Shown: positions 35,747 through 62,162 of the stretch, in pieces
Numbering within the stretch: the first letter of the stretch is position 1
Layout of the letters: every line of letters begins with the position of its first letter
NCBI RefSeq assembly: GCF_964204645.1
Contig: NC_134028.1
Location: 9,238,001-9,302,000, forward strand
Direction of reading: 5' to 3'
Length of the DNA stretch: 64,000 bases
Origin: Tubulanus polymorphus
Lineage: Eukaryota > Animalia > Nemertea
Program-made: the position numbers and the translations under genes
Notes under the pieces: model-generated
What the model saw: the letters and a program-made list of their open reading frames with translations, nothing else
What the model was told of the DNA's origin: nothing
Database searches by the model: none

Positions 35747-37630
35747 CTGTAAATGTAATGAAACAAATTGATGGATGTCCCGGGTTCGAATCTATTCACT
35801 TAGAAACCCGCTAGTACATACATACTTTAAACTACCCACATAACAAGATCTTGTGAATATATCTCGTTTGAAAAACCCCCATCTCCCACACACTGCATCC
35901 CTCACCCACATACCGCATCCCCTCATCCACACCCTCAGTCACTCACCCAATTCAGTGTCACACTCGGAATGTAATAACCTACCGTTGTATCCAGTAACAG
36001 AAGATATATCCACAATCAGCATCCATACAATTAAACAGTACACGATATCAACTTCAAAACCTGACAGTTTAACAGCAGTGAAATTAGACATTTCTGAATA
36101 TGATTTTATACACGGATAAATGTTTTCTCTTCCCGCGAGATGCGATATCGAAAAAGGAGGCACTTAACACTGTAGTATTAGTGATTCAAGTACGGCGCCC
36201 CTGTAAGGCAGACGATCGATGCTAAAACAGCTGGTATGGTGATATATTACATCACGGCACGTGTGAAACCGCCTTTTATATATCAGTGTACAAATATTGT
36301 CACGTGTATATTTTACTCCGCGCGAGTTTTATGACAAAAAAAAACAAAGGTCGACGTTATTTTCGTCAGCTAAAAACGGGACAAAACGACAGACTGAGGT
36401 CGATAACCGATAGAAGGTGAAGGTCGAATTATCTTACAACTCATACCGGTGCAACGTGCATAATCACCCAATAAAACATAGTCATCGACGTCGTCGGTTT
36501 TAGTCAAATTCTTATCTTGATTACTTTATTCTAAAAAACCTAGTATTCAGTTTACTAAAAGGGGATATTTGACCTATATTATACAAACAATAAGAGAGTA
36601 CAAACAGACAAACTTGTTCCCCAAATATTTCAAGTAAAGAAATTTCTATATGAACCCGAACAGGCGCCTGTCGGCTTTACCTACGAGCGACTTGGATGAT
36701 TGCTCGTAGGTTTTACTATTACGCGGAAATCGAAAACGAAAAAGAAAACAGTTGAATAATCAAATATAATCATGACTAATTGATATGACGACGTTCATCT
36801 TTTGTATTTACTTTATGACTGCGACCTGTCTTCAAAGTTTTTAAACGGGTCAATAACCGGGCGTCGTAATAACGGGTCAATAACCGGCAGAGTACGTACG
36901 TTATGTGTCATCGTCAGGTTGCTTGTGACGTCATTTTTAAATTTCAGGGCGTACCGTTATTCACGAAACTTTGCAATGGATGGATATAAGATTACTTGTT
37001 TTAACGGCTGAGCTAGGGGATGATCTTTTTGCCGGTTTAAGGGAATTAAATAGGCAATATTATCGTATCTAACATGATAAAGTGACGTGTTTTATGTGAA
37101 ATTCAGAAAGGACGCATAACTTTGGCCCTCTAAATTTCGATGATTTTTAGGGCTTGACTAAAACCAATAACACCATAACTAAGGTCATATATACGTTCGA
37201 TTTTGGCCGAATATGAAGTTTAAATGACATAAATATCTAGTACATTAATTGAGGTATGGAACATTTACCGAATTTCAAATGTCATTTGAGAAAAAATTAT
37301 TTTTTTTTAGTTTCGATACGGCGGTTAGTGAACCAGCGACGAATTCATCAGTCTCCACACCTGATTGGTCACCAGTCACCACATCTGACTGGTGATCAGT
37401 CACCACATCTAACTACTCATCACTCAACACACTGAACAGACAAATTAACAATATCTGTCAATTACTAGGTCTATTGTCTAGTTATTAGCAGGTTTGGCTG
37501 GCATGCTCGAGTATCAGGAAAAGAGCGGCTATACTAATGCCAAAAGAGCCGGTGTTTGTAATTCAGAACTGTCTGATTGGACATTCAACAGATCTGTATC
37601 CACGGTAAATAGTTCAGTTACCACTAGTAA

Positions 37631-39533
37631 TAGACTGGTTGCCGGTCTCTACCTTCAGTTAGAGACCGGTTGATTCCATCCTCCATTTTACATTTTCGAT
37701 GTATGTCAAACATGTCAGTATCGCGTTACTTCCGGGTTAAAATGGCGTCTCATCGAATAAGCGAAACTAAGAGTAATCAAAACCGCAATGGATCAGCTGA
37801 TTATCTATGAATCATAAAAAAATGTAATCTGCAAACAAACGGAAACTTAAAGACCGAAGAAAAGGCATTAATTGCTGTGAGTATCGAATTAATCCGCTGA
37901 TATTACTCGGAATTCAAATAGCCACTACTGAATTGATACTTTTTAATTTTGTAGGTAAGAAAAAGGAATCAGCTGTAATAGTCATTCTGAGGGAACTTGG
38001 CTGAAGGGCGACGTGGTTTCTTTGTCCACCATATGTAAAATATATTCACTCAATTGTTGTGTTTCTGATGATGTAAAAATGAATAAAGTCGGAATAAAGT
38101 TTACAATAGTTGAACTCCTTGCCAGTTTTTTGATATCAGATATTTGGATCCAACGTGGCATCTCTACATATATTCCTGATGATACAGACAGCAAGTTGGG
38201 ATAGACCAGTAAATCAGATCAACTGGATATTCGCAATAATTTCCTCTCCTTATGGACCATACATGATTTTTGCTAGAAATTGAGTATAAAATCCATCACG
38301 ACAAACTTTTTTTACTGGCAATTCTATATTTATTGTCCACTTTCTAGTACAAAATCTTATTCAATATACAGACTGCCTGACAAGACGGTGACATACGTAT
38401 TATGTGACATAGCAAATTGTGTGACAACAGAATGACACTGATATCTCTAACTTAACTCGAATCACAAAGACCAAGTCTTGACCAGAAAGTAGGCCTAAAT
38501 CCAATCTCAATTCCAATTGCACGCTCGCTCGTGTAGTTATTAATAAATTCCAGCTCTTTAAACCTCATCACTGTATCAGAATCTAGGAGTTTCACCACTT
38601 GTTATTTGGAATCTAATTTCATGATGATTAATGCTGGATTCGTTAATCTCTTTGATTCGTGATTGAGGTTACTTTCTGAAATTAAGCCGATATTCATATA
38701 CTAACAATTAAACCTGGCTCGACTTTTCAATTCATGTTTCGTCCGTTTTTTTTACTTGACTTGAACTCACCATGATACAACAACAATTCATTCTGTGCAT
38801 GCTGAGCTCATTCAATTTAATACGTATAACTTCTAATTCTTAAGAAAACCTGAGTTGTATCTCAGAAAATCAACATCAGAACACACACAATGACCTACAA
38901 TAGACAATCAACAGAATATTTGTAAATAAGTATTCATTTACTGTTCACAAGTTTTAAAAGACATTGAAGTGAAGTAAGTGAAGGTACCTGTCGTATAGGC
39001 TAATATTTTCACCACACTGAATTGACTGCTAATATCTAGTGTCACATTCAGCATAATCAATCAGTCATCTTAAGCGAACAAACAAATTGCCGGTGTCGTG
39101 GCTTCTGCTGAATGGCTGGTTCAGTTCAGTAATTCAGTCAGTAGAAATTGGTTTTTCCATCTCAAGTTCGTCGGTATTGTTGTCGATTGACGACCTTTCC
39201 TTTGAGCAGGGTATTTAGATGGTGCTGTAACGGAGACATACTGCCTTGTATGTCGATATCTCCGAGGCCACACGCAGTTCAGGTTCTCACAGAAGCGTTA
39301 CCTGATAGTTTTGGTCGAGTTTCTTTCTTCCATTGATGTGAAACTCGACTTTTAAGAGGTCCATGGAACGTAAATCGAGACACTCAGGAGGCGGCCATGT
39401 TACATTGTGCACGTGATGAAATACTGAAATCTGATTGGATCAGTATATTCCACGGAAAATGGCGGACGGGTTAAACCTGCCCTATTCTGACTGCGAATGC
39501 AGGTGGCGCAAAATTGGACAGGCGACCAGTCTA
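37631..39533. mobile_element. Academ-like DNA transposon, deleted/non-autonomous copy
   Basis: TAGACTGGTTGCC ... GGCGACCAGTCTA inverted ends (TAG termini); left end nearly identical to the element at 39568; no TSD seen. Confidence 0.55.
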
Positions 39534-39598
39534 GCTCTACTCCGACCTACGGAAGCCGGGCAGTTGATAGACTGGTTGCCGGTCTCTACCTTCAGTTA

Positions 39599-39936
39599 AG
39601 CCGGGCGTAGGTCGGCCTTGCGACGGCTTGCGACTCACTGCGACGCGACTCACTGCGACCGCCAGCGACGATCGCGTCTCAACGACCAACCGACCTACGC
39701 TACCTTGCGACTGCCAGCGACGGGTTGCGACTGGCAGCAACGCCAGTCGCAATGAGTCGCACATGTTCTACTTTCTGCGACGCGACGCGACCGTCGCAAC
39801 CGATCTACGCGCTCTTGCGACTGGGAGCAACTAGTCGCACACAGTCGCTGACAATCGTGTCGCAACCGACTTACGCCCCCACTTGTGACGCAACGCGACG
39901 ATCGCGTCGCATCGCAAGGTCGACCTACGCCCGGCT
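39599..39936. mobile_element. Tourist/PIF-Harbinger MITE nested in the Academ terminus
   Basis: TIR AGCCGGGCGTAGGTCG / CGACCTACGCCCGGCT, TTA TSD; the empty site is visible in the sister copy at 37651-37670; internal TGCGAC/GTCGCA repeats. Confidence 0.9.
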
Positions 39937-40028
39937 TTAGAGACCGGTTGATCCCATCCTCCATTTTACATTTTCGACGCATGTCTATGCCATATCAAGT
40001 GACGTATAACATGCGTTTCCGGTACAAA

Positions 40029-41332
40029 ATGGCGTCTCTTCTGGACGCTCTACGTGACGTTATGCGTATTAAATGTACCTATTCGCAATTGAACACCGAA
40101 AAAAACGTGGAAATCCAGTGTCTTAAAGTTCAGCAAAAGGCCATCAAGGCAGCTCTCAAATCGGATGCGATCGTTTTGTTACCGACCGGGTATGGTAAAA
40201 GTCTGATATATGAACTGCTTCCGCATATCGTTGACATAGATACTGTATGTAAAAATCCAAACTCAAGTCAACAAGATGTCCTTTGCTCAGCGTCTAAAGT
40301 TATCATTGTAGCTCCATTAAATGTCATCTTAGAGGAAAAGCAAGCCTTAAGCGGCGCTGTGTGGTTAAAAATGGACAGTGAGTACCACTCTGGGCCCCCT
40401 ACCTCTTAGTTTTGAGTTGAGACCCCACTGACAAACTTTTTGGAAATACATCAATCTGCAATGAAGGGAGTTGAGAGTAGAAAGTAATCCCTCATTTTGG
40501 AATGATGTTTTCCCAACTCAACGTTTCAATTAAGCCACTTCCATTTGTCTACTAACACTTGCAAACTCTAGATGAAGCAATTTTTTGCAACGATAATGTT
40601 GCAATGTAGCATTTCTGCTGATCAGGGTTCGAATCCCTGCACAAGCAATTCACTTTACTACAGTGAGCGACTATATGGATACAGGACAGACTGTTCGTGG
40701 TCCTTCAGTAGAAATATTACATTGTAGCTTCCATTATTTCTTATAGGGGAAATATCCGAGAACTTCGAAAAGGGAAACTGCAGATATATAATTGGACATC
40801 CCGAAATAATCCTCTCAAAACCAATCTGCAGCGTGCTTCAAAAAGAATGCTTCACGACTAAAGTAACCCATGTGATCATCAATGAAGCGTATTGTATCAC
40901 ACAGTGGGGTGAAAAGTTTCGACCAAGATACTATCAATAATCAAAGTTAAGAGCATATTTTCGAAATGCAAAATTTATTGCAATGACTGGAACTGCAACC
41001 GTAAGAATGCAAGATGAAATAAAAATAAATCTGTTGATGCAAAACTATGTAACAATTTCTGCGAATCCTGATAGAGAAAACATAAAATTAACAGTCGTGA
41101 AAAGAATGTCTCAGAATCAACACCTTTCAGCTGAAGAGGCATTTTTAGAAACAGCCAAACCTTGATCGATTACCTCATTTTTTGAAAACACTGACTTCCC
41201 TAGGACTGTTGTCTATGTAAAGGTGAAATGGTGTGAATTACTTTATGATCATATCTACCAACAGTCGATCATTAGAAATCAACACGAAAAGATGAAGTTA
41301 GTGCTCAGTTTCATGCACCCTCAACAGCAGAG
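40029..41332 (+). pseudogene. RecQ-like SF2 helicase, disrupted
   Basis: LLPTGYGKS (I), IIVAPLN (Ia), YIIGHPE, INEAYCITQWGEKFRP (degenerate DEAH), AMTGTAT (III), NPDRENI; stop ~40938, frameshift ~41160; intron ~40378-40746. Confidence 0.8.
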
Positions 41333-41479
41333 GTAAGCCTGATAATGACCAGTAAAATATTTAAACATACTTTTCAGCAATTAATATGCATTTGAACTAT
41401 AAAAACCCATCTAGCATGTTAAAAGTTCCCTTTCCAAACTCATCACAAATTTCAATAAAAGATGGCAAACCAAGATATG

Positions 41480-42960
41480 AGTAATAGGGTATATGTTGTT
41501 TCATACCGGAGGTCTAGAGGTCGAGCCCACTCGCCCTCTCAACCTCTGATATGAAACAACATATACCCTATTACTCTAATAATTTCATATAAATGAACAT
41601 TATTTATATGAATATCATATATATGAAAAATCAATTATATAGATTTGGAATAAAAAAATATGTAAAATAAATGAGAATATAAAAAGTTAAGAGTAATTAA
41701 CGAGTTGAAAATATAAATTTTAATTAAAAAGAAATTACTAAATAAATGAAAGAACAGATACTACAATTCAAAGATATTGATTTACATGAATAAGAAAAAT
41801 ATTTTACAACTAAAAATTTTATTCCTATTAAAGATTTGATTAAAACTGCACGTTTTCGTTTTCAAGTGAAAAATATTACTGAATTAATGTTTAAAAATCA
41901 TTATCTAATAATAGAGTTATCGAATGATAAAGATAAAATCTTATTCAACACAATAATTCCCAAAATTCACAACATTTGAAGAAATAGATCAACATTTGAT
42001 AATTACATATGAAATACAATCACTTTTTAATGATGAAAATTCACATAAAACATTATTTTTACACTTACGTTATTGCCCTTTCAGAGAATGTTATGTATTA
42101 TTTTTCAGATTACAAGAAAAAAGATTTAACCCTGACATTCCAAATGAAAAATCATTCAAAGATGTGGGAATTCAATGTAACTTATGATAATATCAATTAT
42201 CTATCAGATAGAATTAATAATATTAAGTGTTATGAAATATGTAATAAAAGATATAAAAATGAAAAGAGTTTGAGAAATCATATATTCATGAATTAGATGA
42301 AAAGTTTTATAATTCAAATTAAGTTTGATAATGAAAAAGATTAATTTCCTATACATATTGATGGATGAGTGTACGAATGGTACGAATGGTACGAATTGGA
42401 AGAATGGATGAGTCTTCCAATTCATCCACTCATCCATTCATACACATTCTAAATTCTATAATATTTCAAATAATAATTTTATTTTATTTCATAAATTGAG
42501 AATAAGACTGTTAAATTGGTTGAAATATTGTAAAAATAATATTTCATTAAAAAGGCGGGTTGAGGTATTAATGTATTAAATATGTATTAAATACGTATTA
42601 ATGTATTAAATACGTATTAATGTATTAAATACGTATTAATGTTTTAAATACATATTATGCTTTATTTCTGAAATTGAAGTCACAGAAGTAATTTATTTTT
42701 TTATTTATTCAAATATGATATAAAATTTCTTTACATTTGACTAAAATAATACAAGCTGATACTAAGTTATTCAAGGTAAAGTTTTTCTAATATTATTTAG
42801 TCAAATGTAAAGTAATTTAGCATCAATAAGAAATATTAGAAAAACATTAGAAAAACAATAGGTCTCTTTAACAACACTAACTTATTCAATTGTATTTTTT
42901 TCTAATTGAATCTATCTAAAATATTATAGATTCAATTAGAAAAACAATACAGTTGAAAAG
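41480..42960 (+). mobile_element. Truncated second Polinton of a related family: terminal hairpin plus degenerate AT-rich ORFs
   Basis: AGTAATAGGG terminus alignable with 360-530; TAAATG starts at 41671 and 41746; C2H2-like CYEIC..RNHI; tandem repeats and hairpins at 42567-42958. Confidence 0.75.
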
Positions 42961-43059
42961 GATTCGAAGAGATGAGTCGAAATCGATCGAAACGTTTGAA
43001 CATGTAAATAAACTCATTATCATCATGAAGATTGTGATAGTTGCGTTTTTATTATTATT

Positions 43060-43590
43060 TAAGCCAATCTTTAATTAAGAGAGTTGGATATATGGTCAAA
43101 TTCAGCCGAAAGGAAGGTTTCATCGCAGACCCGTAGTGCACGGAGAAAGAGGCCTTGAGCGAGACCAATTTTGATGGATTTAGCAGTAAACGAAAAGAAG
43201 TGAAGGTATGCCTCAGCGTTGATAGGTTTACGGTAGACTGAGAAAATCAAATGAGAATATTTATTGTGAATATAAGAACATCTAAAAACGGAATTTGGTC
43301 ATTTTGTTCCCATTCAAAAGTGAATTTCAAAGATGGATATTGGGAGTTGTGAAAGTCGATAAAAAGAGGTAAGATCAAAATCATCAGAAACTAAGCACAG
43401 GATGTCATCAACATATCTAATCCAAAAGTTAGGTTTAGAGCCAGCGTAATTTGGAAGAATTTCGGATTCAAAATGTTCAAGGAAAAGATTAGCCAAAATA
43501 GGGGATAATGGGTTACCCATAGCGAAACCGAAAATTTGTTCAAAGAATTTGTCTTGGAATTGGCAATATAGATTGCTCACCAATTTACTC
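43060..43590 (-). mobile_element. Penelope-like retroelement reverse transcriptase remnant
   Basis: FEQIFGFAMGNPLSPILANLFLEHFE, FWIRYVDD, then (frameshifted) PFLDVLI and SVYRKP, typical of PLE RT and thumb. Confidence 0.85.
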
Positions 43591-43641
43591 AATTAACCTG
43601 TTCTCCTCTGTATATATACCCCTGTTTTTAGTCTACATCTC

Positions 43642-43683
43642 ACACCTGACGATGATCTCTAGTGTGAGATCGAAACGTCGTGT
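43642..43683 (+). ncRNA. Minimal type I hammerhead ribozyme (PLE pseudo-LTR)
   Basis: ACAC-CTGACGA-T-GATCTC-tagtgt-GAGATC-GAAA-CG-TC-GTGT; adjacent to the PLE RT. Confidence 0.8.
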
Positions 43684-44100
43684 ATTCTATATATTTTAGA
43701 TTGTTCGAATAAATGAATTCTTGATTTTAAAATTCTTTTAATCTGTAGATAGTGGGTATCTTATTATCCGTTCACCACGTTTGAGTGTGGTTATCGTTCT
43801 ATATTTCCCAATGATTCAAAATTCATCCTAAAAAATGCTTATCACGTGACCATCTGAGCCGGTAGGCCTACAGGTGAATTTTCATATGAAACCTTTATAT
43901 TTTTAGGTTATTTTTAGTAAACTCTGAGAGCGAGTCTTGTAAGCAGTAATTTCTACAGAGCATGTGAAATGTTTGGATTATAGAGTGTTCCATAGTAGTA
44001 GTTTGAAGGAAGCATTTTGATTCGTCGTTCCGCAGTAACAAAATGTGAGGGAGCACTACTGACTTCACAGACTGTCGCGTCAAACAGTTCTGTTGTCTTC

Positions 44101-45383
44101 ATGGATAATTATACCGCTATCACCACTACAACTCGTAGAATATACTGGACTACTCTGAAGACACCAGATTATATCAGAGCTTTCGATAGATTTGCTTTGT
44201 TCCTTACCAACTATGGCAAAATATTCAAATATGTTTTCATGTATCCGCCGGGAAGTGTGTTTAACTTTCTGACAATAATTTTACTGATAAAGTGTCGCAG
44301 ATATCAGTCAGTTCGTTACACGTTCCCCTATCTCATAACACTGGTGGTTTCAGATCAACTTGTCGTGTTGTTTGAATTAAAGTATTTCCCTTATCATTTG
44401 AAGGACTTTGTCACGCGTCGTCTAGGATTCTATAGAAAATGTGACGTAAGCCTATATTATCTGACATTCGCTAAACACGGTAAACTATGTCCATCACTTT
44501 ACTATTTCTATTACTATTTCTACTATCTGCCGAATCGAGTTTCTCCTTCATGTATATTTTCAAACCTATTTCATAACCAGGCAATATCTGTATCAAATTA
44601 CATGGTTATAGTGATTGCTATCGAGAGATTTGTTTCTATTCGTTTTCCTTTCTTTCACTGAAACATTTCACCGTCACTCGGCGCAAAATTGCAATAGGTT
44701 TTATCATCCTCTGGGCGTATATTATGGACTTGGATACTAAAATCGTGTACACTAGTGGTGTTAAATTCACCAAGAGACTTCGATACAATGAAACATATAT
44801 GAGTACTTGGTGTAGTGGGTCAATAGGTTATCATTATGAATGGTTACGAGACACGATCAAAGCTGTAAAAAATTTTTTACAAGATATGTTTCCTTCTGTA
44901 ATGATTGTAATATTATCAGTGTTAACTGCTGTATTACGCAATAAGAGATCTGCAGCTCAACTCAAAGTGAGGAGAACAGATCGTCATCAATCTTCAACCA
45001 GTAAAACTCTTCTCGTTGTAGTTATTGTGTATATTTTACTAGTTTTACCACATGCGTTTTGTAAATTTATGGTTGGAATTACGTTCAACATTAAGTATTC
45101 TTTGGTTGTAAATCACGGTATATTTAAAGTAACGCCGGTACAGAGATTCTACCTGGGAGATTTATGGTCACAGTTAGACATTTTTCTCGACATATTTCGA
45201 CACTTTGTATTCTGCATTAATTTCATATACATCGGAACATTGAAAGTTTTCAGAAGTAAATTTATAAAATTATTTACCGATTGTTTTTGTTGTAAAATGA
45301 AATCAAACCTGAATAGATTCTTTGAACCGGGGCGCCGTCTGGGGTTGGTTTTACGTGTCTCAACCCTTAAAACATTGAAATAA
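44101..45383 (+). pseudogene. Rhodopsin-family GPCR (peptide receptor-like), frameshifted at ~44655
   Basis: TM1 GSVFN, TM2 LVVSD, TM3 IAIERFVSIRFP, TM5 FP, TM6 LVLPHA, TM7 CINFIY; the two halves are in different frames. Confidence 0.75.
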
Positions 45384-45809
45384 CTCTGGTTCCATGGATA
45401 ACTCAAAGCACCACAGCTGCGGGACCAGATAGAAGTTAATCCAATGATGAATAAATAAATGATCATTACAACAGTATAGAATTGTTTACAAATAAAGAGT
45501 ATTGAATTGTGTTCATAGTTTGAGGTGTTTATACCAGTGAAACAATGTGATACACTATTACAAAGAAGACGGATTAATTGATGGACTCAATTCACTGATG
45601 TGATCGGTCGAAGTGAAATTAATATTTCAGAATCATCGACTTCAACAAACAATGGAAATAATACGGTGAATATAATTAATTGAATATAATCAAATTAATT
45701 GAATATTATCATTCGTATGCCATGATTAACAAATAAAACTTTCATAGTTTAATTCAAATATATAACATTTTCTCTAGTTTTTAACACCAGAAACTTATTG
45801 AATTGAATT

Positions 45810-46010
45810 GAATTTATTTTGCATTTCAAAATTACATTATAAAATAGAAAAATTTACAGGGTTTCGTGTGAATTTTTTTTTTGCAAGGTAGCGCAATTAT
45901 GAAAATGCAGGAGACCCAGAGAAGTCAAAAAGTGACTTATACGAATCCGGGCCCCCAAACCGAAAAAATGCACGCACACGCGAACATACACACACGCATG
46001 CACGCACGTA

Positions 46011-46054
<44 letters not shown>

Positions 46055-46930
46055 CACACACACGCGCGCGCACACACACACACGTAATAAACAGGAGACA
46101 TATATCAAGCAGTATATGACAGTATACATAATTTCAATACATCAAATAGCGTTTAACTACACAATCATAATACATCGCATTATGAGAGGGTGATTTTTAC
46201 CCGATTAACTGTCTTTTATAGTGTTTCCTAAATATATAAATACTTGTAGATTTTTTTTAGTTCGACTGCTCGGGAATTCCATAAGTTGGGCCAGAAACTT
46301 TTATCGAAAATTGTTTTTTACGGGTTCAATCATTAGGGACGATGCTTTGAAAAATCAATAACTCTGTCTCAACTTACATTCAAAGCAAGTATTGTTTTAT
46401 CAATCAAAACAATACCTGATGTTGATTGGATTAATATACATGTAGTTGAGTAAGAGTACTCCGACCGAGCAGATGAAGGTTTAAATGGCGTCCAATTTTC
46501 CAAAATATACCGCTGCCGGAAGTAGTAGACTGATCAGAGGATTCTTCATACCTGTTCTATGAAACTGTAAGATGCGAAGGATACAGAATCTTGGATTCAC
46601 TCATGGGCAGGCAAAATTTTGTAATGCCTAAATCTAGCATAGAAAAAAAAGCATTGTAGCATTGGTTAACTGGTCGATGAATCGGGTGGTGCAATATCAA
46701 GGTTTGCGTAGACATTCAAAAATCGAGTAGCGGATTGATAGATTCGTCAAGAACAATTTGAAAAAAGAGGGGTTTTTATCGCCATTACAATAGACAAATT
46801 CTAGGGCATTAAAGAAACGACTGTTAGAACAACGCCGATGAGAAATCATTATTTGGGAAAGTTGTGCCATTTCACTAATACGTTCACTACTAGATACCAT
46901 AGGCCTCGCTTTAGTTTCTACGATTTCTAA
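45810..46930 (-). mobile_element. Degenerate LINE 3' remnant containing a CA/CACG microsatellite (45970-46085)
   Basis: Minus-strand GPNLWNS-like RT C-terminal motif near 46275; AATAAA followed by a (TTCAA)n tail. Confidence 0.4.
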
Positions 46931-48181
46931 ACATTTCAATTTTCTGTTTCATTTTCAGTCTCTGTTTCTATTTCTGAATGCGTCGAAAGCAGAAACCATA
47001 TGCAGGCACCTCGAGGCAACGTAAAAGTGGCGTAAACATTCAGATATGGTGGGCCACTGAGGTGCATCAGACATACTGTTCCAACGTCATGATGCGGACA
47101 GAGTGAATTTCACAACTTAGGAAGTACGTATATATCCTTACAAGTAATACGTTCATCGTTGTCGATGCAATATTTATCTATAAACTGGCTCCCGGGTACC
47201 ATTAGTCCTAATCAGCAACACAAAAACGTACGTTATAAAAAAGTCGATGACAAGTTGAATAAGCTTATCAATCTATCTAAGTGGAAGTGGACCTCTGGCA
47301 ACGGCAACGAAGATGTACATTGCCTATCTTTTAGATTTTGTCATCGAGAGGAACATGCAACCCTCTGAACGACAATAATATTCATACGACAGTATTTTTA
47401 ATACGTATATAACTTTTCCTCATATCACAGAGGCCTTGTTTACTATATATAACTATGAACCCGTTTGAGAATTCTCGCCATAACATTTCGGCAAAACGTT
47501 ATCTGGATTGCGTTAAGAAAATGATGCGTCTCATCAGAAGTAGTTTTCTTCCTGAACTAACTATGAACAGACAGTCTGTTCATGATTGAGTCAGGAAGGA
47601 AACTACCGTAGTTCTGATCACTTCGACGCGCGGCACTTCTCTCAAACGTGCTCAGCAGCGACGGGAGGGAACATTGTTCGTAGAATAGCTTTGCATTATT
47701 TGTCAGAATGAATGAACGTGGATTCTGCGTTGTTCTTATTGATGGTTGGAGTGAACCAATCATAATAATTCTAGATACAAACAACTAGTAGATAGATACA
47801 TATATCAAATTAGTCCAGTGTGACTTGTCAAAGATAACACACATTACACGCGCGCATCGTCTGGGCTGATCGTGATTGGTCACTTAACCTTGACCAGTAA
47901 CAGGACCTAAGCTATCAAAGGTAATTAACAATTCCGACTCCATATGGTGGTGGGCTTTAGTTGATAGTACATTGTGGATTAACGTTAACAGCGATCGCCA
48001 GGGGGCATAAGGGACCAGCCCCTAAATCTGAGATGAGATCTGCATTTATTCAAAGCGGTTTCGTTCGGAGATACTAGGAAATGCTCGTGGAGTTTTGGAG
48101 CTCCAAATATGGATAGACGATTGACGTTGGATAGACGAGGCATCGTAATGCGAAATGGATTTTTCAAAACTATCCTGGTGA

Positions 48182-62162
<13,981 letters not shown>

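Larger units (their letters stand above)
39568..41479 (+). mobile_element. AcademH-like element (left part) carrying a RecQ-like helicase
   Basis: TAGACTGGTTGCCGGTCTCTACCTTCAG terminus followed by a spliced RecQ-like gene; right end not visible. Confidence 0.6.

Noticed and set aside
36440-36490. Candidate first exon of the Shisa-like gene (MTMFYWVIMHVAP|GTATGA)
   Set aside because: It ends in phase 0 while the next exon needs phase 1; no compatible ATG was found
39537-39982. Several overlapping Arg/Ala/Thr-rich ORFs
   Set aside because: They come from the GC-rich palindromic MITE
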